DNA of 64,000 bases from Patescibacteria group bacterium (GTDB taxonomy: Bacteria; Patescibacteriota; Kazan-3B-28). Location: the NCBI GenBank assembly GCA_041649135.1, contig JBAZNQ010000002.1:41238-105237 (forward strand), written 5' to 3'. A model generated the notes under the pieces. It saw nothing but the letters and a program-made list of their open reading frames with translations, did not search any database and was not told the origin of the DNA. Within the stretch, counting starts at the first letter, position 1. Each line of letters begins with the position of its first letter. The position numbers and the translations under genes are program-made. Shown in pieces: positions 29,205 through 36,925 of the stretch.

Positions 29205-30650
29205 ATGCGTCCGCACCAGTTTGTTTTGGTTTGTAGTATCGGGATCTTAATTGGTGTTGCATTTAGCTCTAAACTCGCTCTCGCATCGGTTGCTGTCATC
29301 ATCTCCGCTAGCCTATTCGGGTTAGTGGCAATTTTGCGACCGAAACCAATCGCGCTAGCCACCTCAATTTTTTGTTTAGCAATTTTGCTGGGTTGGTGGC
29401 GAGGGCAATCAGTCATCTTCCACAGGCCATTAGTCAGTGACCTCGACAGCCGGACTGCGATTATCACGGGGCAAGTAGTGAGTGACCCAGATGTCATCGG
29501 TAATCAGCAACGGTTACATCTTAATGTCACTTCAATCGATGAAGAGCCTCGCTCGGTAAAAATTATGTTAACTACATGGCATCTCCCAGCACTTCAATAC
29601 GCCGATCAATTCAACGGGAAAATAAAATTTACTCTCCCCCAAAATACCGATGAATTTCAATATTCCAATTATCTCGCTAAAGACGGTATTTATCTGACTG
29701 CTACGCAGGCCGGAGAATTCACCCAGATACCCAATTCGCGCCGTACTATTTTGGGCACACTATATGGGGTAAAGCATTGGGTCAACAAGGTCATCCATCA
29801 ATTTCTCCCCGAACCACACGGTGCTCTCTTGGGTGGATTACTACTTGGCATCAAAACTGATTTACCAGACGATTTCCGGATTGCCTTAAAAAATTCCGGT
29901 ACTTCTCATATCGTGGCCCTGTCTGGTGCTAACTTGACCATTATTATTACCTTCATGTTGTTTATGCTTCAGCGGCTACCTCGTCGGTTGGTTTGGCTAA
30001 TTTCCGGTGTTGCAATTTTAGGTTTCGTGATTATGACCGGAGCCGCCAGCTCCGTTGTCCGAGCCGCCATTATGGGTTGGATTTTATTATTAGCTGGATT
30101 ATGGGGCAGACATCGTTCCGCCTGTAATGCCATTCTTCTCGCTACTGCTACCATGGTATTAATTCATCCTCTAATTTTGTTTTACGATATCGGTTTTCAG
30201 CTCTCGATCGCCGCTACTATTGGACTAATGTATGGAGCGTCATTATTTTCCCGCTGGCCCAAATGGTTACCGAGTTTCATCACCCAGCCCTTGTCCGCCA
30301 CCGTTGGCGCCACCATTTTTACCCTGCCTTTGATCGCCCTATATTTCGGTGGTGTGTCTTGGGTGACCCTGGGTGCTAATCTTTTGATCGTCCCCCTAGT
30401 TCCCTACGTCATGTTAGTTGGCTGTGTCGGACTGGCGATCTTCCTAATCGCGCCCCAGTTAATTTGGGTTAATGTCTTAGTCTGGCCATTATCCGCTCTC
30501 ATGTTTGGCATCATTAACTGGTTTGGTCACCTGCCTTCAGCTTTTGTTGAACTGCCGCCTATTCCCATTTGGATGCCGATCCTATATTATCTGCTTTTAT
30601 CTATCGGAGTAATTTATGCCCAACATCGTCGATCGCCACAACTGGTTTAA
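29205..30650 (+). CDS. comEC: ComEC/Rec2 competence protein, membrane (DUF4131 + competence) domains
   Basis: Polytopic protein with the ComEC channel-domain pattern (HIVALSGANLTII...). Confidence 0.8.
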   Translation: MRPHQFVLVCSIGILIGVAFSSKLALASVAVIISASLFGLVAILRPKPIALATSIFCLAILLGWWRGQSVIFHRPLVSDLDSRTAIITGQVVSDPDVIGNQQRLHLNVTSIDEEPRSVKIMLTTWHLPALQYADQFNGKIKFTLPQNTDEFQYSNYLAKDGIYLTATQAGEFTQIPNSRRTILGTLYGVKHWVNKVIHQFLPEPHGALLGGLLLGIKTDLPDDFRIALKNSGTSHIVALSGANLTIIITFMLFMLQRLPRRLVWLISGVAILGFVIMTGAASSVVRAAIMGWILLLAGLWGRHRSACNAILLATATMVLIHPLILFYDIGFQLSIAATIGLMYGASLFSRWPKWLPSFITQPLSATVGATIFTLPLIALYFGGVSWVTLGANLLIVPLVPYVMLVGCVGLAIFLIAPQLIWVNVLVWPLSALMFGIINWFGHLPSAFVELPPIPIWMPILYYLLLSIGVIYAQHRRSPQLV

Positions 30651-31473
30651 GTGGATTTTGCTTGGTCTGTTAATTATTAACATTGGTCTTGGAGTTGTCC
30701 TCTATTTTCGCCCAGACGATCTGGAACACATTTATTTTTTTGATGTTGGCCAAGGCGATGCGTCATTGATCAAAACATCTGAAAATCGGTACATTCTCAT
30801 TGATGGTGGGCCAGACGAACGTATTATACCCGCGTTAGATAGCGTGATGCCGATGTGGCACAGACAATTGGATCTGGTGATTCTCACTCATCCTCACTCG
30901 GATCATGCTACTGGGTTGCTTAAGGTATTGGATCGCTATCAGGTAAAAGAATTTTGGTACACCGGTACGACTTACGATTCGGAAACCTATAAAACGTTAG
31001 TTGCCAAGATTACGGCTAGCAAAATTCCCATTCAACTTGCCAACCAAGGCGATAATTATTTAACCGGCAACACCCACCTTCGCGTTGTATTTCCTCCCAA
31101 CGAACAGCCCACCGCTAATGACCCTAACGAAACTTCGGTAGTTAGCTTGTTACAGTATCAAAATTTTGAAGTTTTGTTTACCGGTGATGCTAGTGTTGGT
31201 AACGAAACCAGTTACGCTACCCAGCTTCCCGACGTTGATGTCATTAAAGTTCCCCACCATGGCAGTAAAACTGCCTCCAGTCAGCTACTACTTTCCCAAT
31301 CGCGTCCGGAAATTGGTGTTATTAGTGTTGGCGCCCAAAACTCTTTTGGTCATCCTAGCCCGGAAACTCTCGCCCGCTACGAATCGGCTGGTACTAAACT
31401 ATATCGCACCGATACTAATAGAACGATTGAAATTATTACTGACGGCCAGCGCTATCGGATCAGGGCTAGTTGA
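30616..31473 (+). CDS. ComEC-type metallo-beta-lactamase domain protein, as a separate ORF overlapping comEC by 35 nt
   Basis: MBL motif LDLVILTHPHSDHATGL with further His/Asp ligands (HHGSK). This domain is normally fused to the ComEC C-terminus, so it is either a genuine split gene or a frameshift. Confidence 0.75.
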   Translation: MPNIVDRHNWFKWILLGLLIINIGLGVVLYFRPDDLEHIYFFDVGQGDASLIKTSENRYILIDGGPDERIIPALDSVMPMWHRQLDLVILTHPHSDHATGLLKVLDRYQVKEFWYTGTTYDSETYKTLVAKITASKIPIQLANQGDNYLTGNTHLRVVFPPNEQPTANDPNETSVVSLLQYQNFEVLFTGDASVGNETSYATQLPDVDVIKVPHHGSKTASSQLLLSQSRPEIGVISVGAQNSFGHPSPETLARYESAGTKLYRTDTNRTIEIITDGQRYRIRAS

Positions 31474-31814
31474 CTTTTTCCGCTCCCAGACTCTATAATA
31501 GGTCAGTTCAATTTTGGAGGTGTACCTTGGGTTGTGCAAAAGGCTCCCTCTCCGACGGGAATAGCAACCCGTCAGTTGCAAGTTCCAGCTGGTGTGTGTC
31601 AGCCATTGAGATTTATATACTGGGCATGGACGACCACCCCCCCGATCGCTCGTGTCGCCATCACTGGCGGAAAAGGCGTTGTTGCCGAGGTCGCTCAAAC
31701 GCTGTGTGATAATCCCCCAGAAGGAACCAAGTGTAAAGTTTACAGAGAGGGGGATAAACCCATGAGCTGAACTGTCTAGCAGTTGCCCAGCTCTCCCGTA
31801 GACAGACTTTATCT

Positions 31815-31846
31815 AGCGCCAGTCAACTGACTGGCGCTGATTCTTA
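31815..31846 (+). terminator. Strong hairpin AGCGCCAGTC-AACT-GACTGGCGCT followed by a T-rich tract
   Basis: 10-bp perfect stem read from the sequence, downstream of an SD-led 78-aa ORF (31528/31534..31770) in a GC-rich intergenic region. Confidence 0.45.
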
Positions 31847-32023
31847 TACAATAGAACTATACCTCGCAAAAATTGACGAACTTGCGAAGCGATCTACTTA
31901 TTGTTCGTCATCTCGCCTGCCCGTTGCGTTGCCACGGTACGCGGCCAGGGAGCCTGCCCGCCGGTCAGCGGGCCTACCGAGGAATCTCCCCTATAACAAG
32001 ACAGGCTCGTGATCTAATAGACA

Positions 32024-32320
32024 ATGAAAAATTTTATTAGAAAAGTTGAAGACTTCATCTGTGAGCACTGTGGTGCGCTGGTCAAAGGTACCGGCTACAC
32101 CAACCACTGTCCCGAGTGTCTTTGGAGCAAACATGTTGATGATCTTCCCGGTGACCGCTCCCACCCTTGTGGTGGCTTGATGGAGCCTATTGGGCTAGAG
32201 CTTCGTGGTGACAAACGCCAAATCATCCATCGTTGCCAGAAATGCGGGATAATAAAGAAGAACAAGGTTGCCGATAACGACAATCCCGATACCATCCTTG
32301 GGCTAGTAGAAAATAAGTAA
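32024..32320 (+). CDS. RNHCP-domain zinc-ribbon protein
   Basis: CEHCG...GYTNHCPECLWSKHVD...CQKCG matches the RNHCP domain (N-H-C-P) with flanking CxxC pairs. Confidence 0.6.
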   Translation: MKNFIRKVEDFICEHCGALVKGTGYTNHCPECLWSKHVDDLPGDRSHPCGGLMEPIGLELRGDKRQIIHRCQKCGIIKKNKVADNDNPDTILGLVENK

Positions 32321-32432
32321 ACTAGTAAAAGCCGCTAGTAACGGCAAATGATGAATGCCAAATAACCAATGATCGAATTTCCGGCTTTGCCGGAATACCA
32401 GAACTTTTCACTTTTAACTTTTCACTTTCCTC

Positions 32433-33452
32433 ATGCATTTAATTCCCATCCCTTGGACACTTCTTTTAACGGCCTTTGGCATTGCGTTTTTAATTACTCT
32501 CTTGGCAACGCCTTGGGTGACTAGTTTGGCTAAGCGTTACCGACTATTCGATTTGCCATCAGCTCGTCGGGTTCACACTAGTCCCATCCCCCGCATCGGC
32601 GGGCTAGCTTTATTTTTGGGATTTTTTATTGCGCTACTTGTTGTCTTCGGTTTCGACCCGCGTATTCTTGGTCTCGCGCTCTGCGCTATTTTAATTTTCG
32701 GGCTGGGTTTGTTGGATGATATTTATAGTCTTCCGCCAATCCTCAAATTTACTGGTCAGCTGGTAGTTGCCTCACTCGCAGTCTTTTTTGGGATTACTAT
32801 CGGCAACATTACCAATCCTTTCGGCGGGACAATTTTACTCTCCCCCATTTTTGACGTCAGTTTAACGATCGTGTGGATGCTATTGATGATCAATACCGTT
32901 AATTTTTTGGATGGATTGGATGGGCTAGCTACCGGCGTTACCGCTATCGTTTCCGTCGTGTTGGTAGTGTTAAGTTTATTTACGATTGTGGATCAACCCC
33001 AAACTGCTGCTCTTGCCGCGATGATTTGCGGCACGGCTCTGGGCTTCCTTTATTACAATTGGCACCCAGCTAAAATTTTTATGGGTGATGGAGGTTCTCA
33101 TTTGCTTGGCTTTATGTTGGCGGCTATTTCGATCATTAGTGGCGGGAAAATTGCCACGGCTGTTTTGGCTCTCGGTCTACCGGTCTTGGATTTGGTCTGG
33201 GCAATTGTCCGTCGGTTGAAAACCGGCAAAGCGCCATGGTCAGCCGACAAACTCCATCTCCACCACTTATTACTCTCCGCCGGCCTCGGCCAACGGACAG
33301 TGGTAACTATTTTTTATGTCTTTACTCTTGGCTTTGGTACAGTTGCGCTTCTTTCCGGAACTTGGAGCAAGTTGGTTGGTTTATTAATTGTCGGTTTGCT
33401 AATGGCGGGAATTGTGAGAGTAGCACTGTATTTTCGTCCGCAACAGAGGTAA
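32433..33452 (+). CDS. Polyprenyl-phosphate sugar-1-phosphate transferase (MraY/WecA family)
   Basis: About 10 TM helices, DD motif (LLDDIYSL) and family signature NTVNFLDGLDGLATG. Confidence 0.85.
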   Translation: MHLIPIPWTLLLTAFGIAFLITLLATPWVTSLAKRYRLFDLPSARRVHTSPIPRIGGLALFLGFFIALLVVFGFDPRILGLALCAILIFGLGLLDDIYSLPPILKFTGQLVVASLAVFFGITIGNITNPFGGTILLSPIFDVSLTIVWMLLMINTVNFLDGLDGLATGVTAIVSVVLVVLSLFTIVDQPQTAALAAMICGTALGFLYYNWHPAKIFMGDGGSHLLGFMLAAISIISGGKIATAVLALGLPVLDLVWAIVRRLKTGKAPWSADKLHLHHLLLSAGLGQRTVVTIFYVFTLGFGTVALLSGTWSKLVGLLIVGLLMAGIVRVALYFRPQQR

Positions 33453-33457
33453 ACATC

Positions 33458-33486
33458 TTGACAGAAAGGAGATTTTATTGTATGAT
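33458..33486 (+). promoter_or_regulatory. Canonical sigma70 promoter TTGACA-17-TATGAT
   Basis: TTGACA at 33458-33463, a 17-nt spacer, TATGAT at 33481-33486, about 40 nt upstream of the 33527 ORF start. Confidence 0.6.
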
Positions 33487-33526
33487 GAAGTAATTTGGAT
33501 TGCCAAATTAAAAAACCAAAACCAAC

Positions 33527-33982
33527 ATGAACAACCAACAGTTCGAACGTCTGGTAGAGAACCTACAAGACATTATGCGTTGCCCCCATTGTTCGGCGCG
33601 CTACACCTTGGCAGATATCCATTATCTAGGACAACTCGACTCAATGACATTTCTTCATATGCGCTGTGACTCTTGCCACACGCCGGTTTTTGCTAGTGTA
33701 GCGATGGCCAATACCGATGGCGAAATCCTTCCCTCCGATCTAACGGTGGACGATATTGCCGTTACCGACAATAGCGCCCAAATGGAAGATGACCTGTTGG
33801 AGCTTGGCTTTGAACGTCATACCTCCCCTACCCTAGAAGCTGAAGACGTACAAATTCCAATTGAAGATGTCTCTGCCGAGACTATCCTTCGTTCACTAAA
33901 CCCAATTGCTTATGATGATGTGCTCGATATCCACACCTATCTGACTGACTTTACCGGAGACTTTGAACATATTTTCTCTTGA
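33527..33982 (+). CDS. Hypothetical zinc-ribbon protein with acidic C-terminus
   Basis: CPHCSARY...CDSCHTP four-Cys motif; C-terminal half rich in Asp/Glu. Confidence 0.5.
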   Translation: MNNQQFERLVENLQDIMRCPHCSARYTLADIHYLGQLDSMTFLHMRCDSCHTPVFASVAMANTDGEILPSDLTVDDIAVTDNSAQMEDDLLELGFERHTSPTLEAEDVQIPIEDVSAETILRSLNPIAYDDVLDIHTYLTDFTGDFEHIFS

Positions 33983-34073
33983 ATAAGTCCCCCTATTCCC
34001 TAACCCCTAATCCCTAGTCCCTAGCATTAACCCTTTGACTTCCAGAGGGTTTTTGGTTAGTCTAGGGTTTGTT

Positions 34074-34739
34074 ATGGGTATAGCTGAATATACACTCAAT
34101 CTGGAAATCAGGGACGCGGCCACTAAGGCCGATGTTCTGCGTCGCCAAGGCAAGCTGCCTTTGGCACTTTATGGCAAAGGAGTCGATCCTGTACTTTTGG
34201 TCGGCGACACTCTAAATATCACCAAAACGCTCAAGCGAGCTGGTGAAAGTTCTCTGGTGAATATCAAAATCCAAGGCGGTGAAGATCGGATTGTCTTATT
34301 CAAAGAACCACAGTACGATCCGACCAACGGTGCGGTTATGCACGTCGATCTCTACCAAGTCAACTTGAAAGAAAAGATTCGTGCCGAAGTCCCATTGAGT
34401 TTTATTGGCGAAGCTCCGGCTATTGAAGCGGTTGAGGGTGTATTGGTTACCAATCGTGACAAAATTGAGGTTGAGTGTTTGCCGAACGACTTGCCTCACG
34501 AAATTCCAGTCGATCTGACTGGCTTACACAATATTGACGACGAAATTAAGGTTAAGGACTTGAAGTTACCAACCGGAGTTGAAGTTTTGGATGATCCGGA
34601 AGAATTAATCGTCATCATTACCAAACAACGTGAAGAAGAAGTGGTAGAGGCGCCAGTTACTGAAGAAGAAGCTGTTGCTCAAGTTGAAGTTACCTCTGAA
34701 AAGGACGAAACATCCGCCAACGAAGCGTCTGCCGAATAA
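34074..34739 (+). CDS. rplY: 50S ribosomal protein L25 / general stress protein Ctc
   Basis: LNLEIRDAATKADVLRRQGKLPLALYGKGVDPVLLVG is the L25/Ctc N-domain, with an acidic C-terminal tail. Start set at ATG 34074 because the longer ORF-track start at 34035 overlaps an upstream hairpin. Confidence 0.88.
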   Translation: MGIAEYTLNLEIRDAATKADVLRRQGKLPLALYGKGVDPVLLVGDTLNITKTLKRAGESSLVNIKIQGGEDRIVLFKEPQYDPTNGAVMHVDLYQVNLKEKIRAEVPLSFIGEAPAIEAVEGVLVTNRDKIEVECLPNDLPHEIPVDLTGLHNIDDEIKVKDLKLPTGVEVLDDPEELIVIITKQREEEVVEAPVTEEEAVAQVEVTSEKDETSANEASAE

Positions 34740-34764
34740 ACTTGTAAAATATTTAAACTTTCAA

Positions 34765-34796
34765 TCACCCGCGATTATCCGCGGGTGATTTTTATT
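34765..34796 (+). terminator. Rho-independent terminator after rplY
   Basis: TCACCCGCG-attatc-CGCGGGTGA followed by TTTTTATT. Confidence 0.7.
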
Positions 34797-34947
34797 CCAA
34801 GTGTGTTTTTGGTTTAGTCAAATTTAAAAAATAAAGTTACTCTTGTATTGTTTTTTAAAAAGTGTTCTTCTATAATTTAATTGACAAGTTGTTGCGCGTT
34901 ACCTTCGCATAATAACTTTGTTCGAACATTGTTATATCAGTTAAGTC

Positions 34948-35169
34948 ATGGGGGTTCTCATGCCAGTGCGCAGAAGAAGAAAGGCTGCTGCTAAACCAGC
35001 CGCCAAGAAAACTGTTCGTCGTCGTAAGGCGGCGAAGAAGACAACAGTCAAAAAGACTGTCCGTCGTCGCAAAGCGAAGAAGACAACAGCCAAGAAAAAG
35101 GTTGTCCGTCGTCGCAAAGCGAAGAAGACCACAACCAAGAAACGGGTTGTGCATCGTCGCAAAAAATAG
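34948..35169 (+). CDS. Small Lys/Arg-rich tandem-repeat protein (histone H1/Hc1-like nucleoid protein candidate)
   Basis: 73 aa with ~17-aa repeats KKT(T/V)xKK(T/K)VVRRRKAKK encoded by ~51-nt DNA repeats. The real start may be the second ATG at 34960 (MPVRRRRK), which is preceded by a GGGGG SD-like tract. Confidence 0.55.
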   Translation: MGVLMPVRRRRKAAAKPAAKKTVRRRKAAKKTTVKKTVRRRKAKKTTAKKKVVRRRKAKKTTTKKRVVHRRKK

Positions 35170-35186
35170 TGCAGTTAATGCATTAT

Positions 35187-35216
35187 AAAAGACACTTCCT
35201 GGGGGGAGTGTCTTTT
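35187..35216. terminator. Bidirectional terminator hairpin between the convergent basic-protein gene and the iscS-like gene
   Basis: AAAAGACACT-tcctgggggg-AGTGTCTTTT, with a T-run on both strands. Confidence 0.55.
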
Positions 35217-35277
35217 ATATGGCTATATAAAAGTAACGCAGGGAGTGTCTTTTATATGGCTATATAAAAGTAACGCG
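35204..35277. repeat. Two tandem 37-bp direct repeats, each containing the palindrome CTTTTATAT-GGCT-ATATAAAAG
   Basis: GGGAGTGTCTTTTATATGGCTATATAAAAGTAACGC(A/G) occurs twice back to back; the first unit overlaps the terminator's 3' arm. Confidence 0.8.
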
Positions 35278-35287
35278 AGGGTGTTCT

Positions 35288-36430
35288 TTAATTTGCGGCT
35301 AGTTGTTTTAGCTCTTTGGCCAGTTTCACCAAATCTGGTTTTTTCGTGAGATAGCCAAGTGTAATTCGTACACTTGAGTTAGCTCTGGTTGCGTTCAATC
35401 CCATTGCCAACAACACATACGAAGGTTCCACACTGCCAGCCGCACAAGCCGATGCCGCCGATACCGCTATCCCCCGCCGATCCAACCCGATCACCAACTC
35501 ATCACTAGTTTTCCCCTTCACACTAAAATTAAGATTATTCACTAGTCGGCTGGTCAAAGAACCATTAAATTCAATTTGCGGGAGTTTTCTTAATTCTTTA
35601 ATTAGATATTTTTGTAGTTCACTCAAGCGCTTAGTTTCTGCCGGTTTTTGTCGTTGCACCATTTCCAAAGCAGTCGCCAATCCAACGATTCCGGGCACGT
35701 TTAAACTGCCAGACCGCAAACCTCGTTCCTGCCCACCGCCATATATAATTGGTTGAAGTGGTACGCCATCCCGAACATATAACAGTCCAACTCCCTTCGG
35801 CCCGCCGAGTTTGTGGCCGGACAATGTTAGCATGTCGGTATGTAAAATTTGAGTGTCTAATGATAGCAGATTCCCAGCCTGCACCGCATCAGTATGAAAA
35901 TAGATCGGCTGTTTCCGTTTCTGGTTTTCTCGCTTTAACATCAACCCGATTTCTCGAATCGGCTGGATTGTTCCCACTTCGTTGTTGGCATACATGATTG
36001 ACACCAAAAAAGTTTTTGGAGTTATCGCCTTGGTGATCTGCTCTACTGATACTATCCCCTCCTGATTTGGTTTGATGTAAGTTACTTTCAAGCCTGTTTG
36101 TCCCAACGCTCGGCAAGTTTCTAGCGCCGCCTTGTGTTCGATCGTAGTCGTAATGATATGACCATCGGGATAATTTTTTGCCAACCCGTAGATCGCTAAA
36201 TTATCCGCCTCGGTGCCGGAACTAGTAAAAATTATTTCCAATGGTTTGCAGTTTAAAATCTCCGCAACTTTTCGACGAGCCTCATCGGTTGCTTTTTGGG
36301 CTTGCTGGCCAAACCGATGGATGCTCGCAGCATTCCCAAATCTCTCCGAAAAGTACGGTTTCATCACCTTCACGACTTCCGGCCGAACCGGAGCCGTTGC
36401 GGCATAGTCTAAATAAATTCGTTTTTCCAT
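35288..36430 (-). CDS. iscS: Cysteine desulfurase (IscS/NifS family, PLP-dependent)
   Basis: MEKRIYLDYAATAPV N-terminus, PLP-lysine motif SGHKLGGPKGVGLLYV, class V aminotransferase fold. Confidence 0.92.
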   Translation of the reverse strand: MEKRIYLDYAATAPVRPEVVKVMKPYFSERFGNAASIHRFGQQAQKATDEARRKVAEILNCKPLEIIFTSSGTEADNLAIYGLAKNYPDGHIITTTIEHKAALETCRALGQTGLKVTYIKPNQEGIVSVEQITKAITPKTFLVSIMYANNEVGTIQPIREIGLMLKRENQKRKQPIYFHTDAVQAGNLLSLDTQILHTDMLTLSGHKLGGPKGVGLLYVRDGVPLQPIIYGGGQERGLRSGSLNVPGIVGLATALEMVQRQKPAETKRLSELQKYLIKELRKLPQIEFNGSLTSRLVNNLNFSVKGKTSDELVIGLDRRGIAVSAASACAAGSVEPSYVLLAMGLNATRANSSVRITLGYLTKKPDLVKLAKELKQLAAN

Positions 36431-36925
36431 GTACCCTACCTATAACCATATCTTAATCCCAAGCCCATCACGGGGCGCCACCATCGTAACCGAAGAGGCT
36501 GTCTATAGAAAGGGAGGCCCCTAGAAACTAGGGGCCGAGGTGGTAGCAGAGTTGTCGGACAATAGTCCGAGCTCTACCATTACAATCTCCGTCGATGAGA
36601 CGGAGGTGGTGCTCTGGGAGAAGACCCCCAGCTGGACTAGGACTGCGATAAAGAAACACAGCAGTCCCGTCACAATTCCTACGGGAATCCAGCTACCCAC
36701 AGTACACCTCCAAGGTGCAACTCTGTGAACCCACAGGTGAGGAACTGATCGAGATTGACCAATTAGGTCATTATAGCAAAAAACTCGCTCCCAGTCAATG
36801 TTTTTCCCATTTTCCCTCCTATGAGAGTTATCACCCAGATCCACCCAACTCACCTATTTTCAGGTATATTGATAAATGTTCTCCCCAACTTTTAACTATT
36901 CACTTTTAACTCTTCACTTTCTTCT

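Noticed and set aside
31890-31995. SRP (4.5S) RNA in the GC-dense segment upstream of the RNHCP gene
   Set aside because: Shares only a GGUCAG-like fragment with the domain IV consensus (GGUCCGGAAGGAAGCAGCC absent).
34870-35162. Two minus-strand ORFs overlapping the Lys/Arg-rich repeat gene
   Set aside because: Produced by the internal tandem DNA repeats; the + strand ORF has the start context and terminator.
35204-35277. Possible CRISPR array
   Set aside because: Only two directly adjacent 37-bp repeats with no spacers and no cas genes; not a CRISPR.
36431-36925. RNase P RNA / tmRNA / T-box identity for the structured iscS-alaS spacer
   Set aside because: Diagnostic motifs (GGAAAGUCC and ACAGAACCCGGCUUA for RNase P; tRNA-like 3' end with resume/tag ORF for tmRNA; AAUUAGGGUGGNACCGCG for T-box) were not found on either strand; left unclassified.
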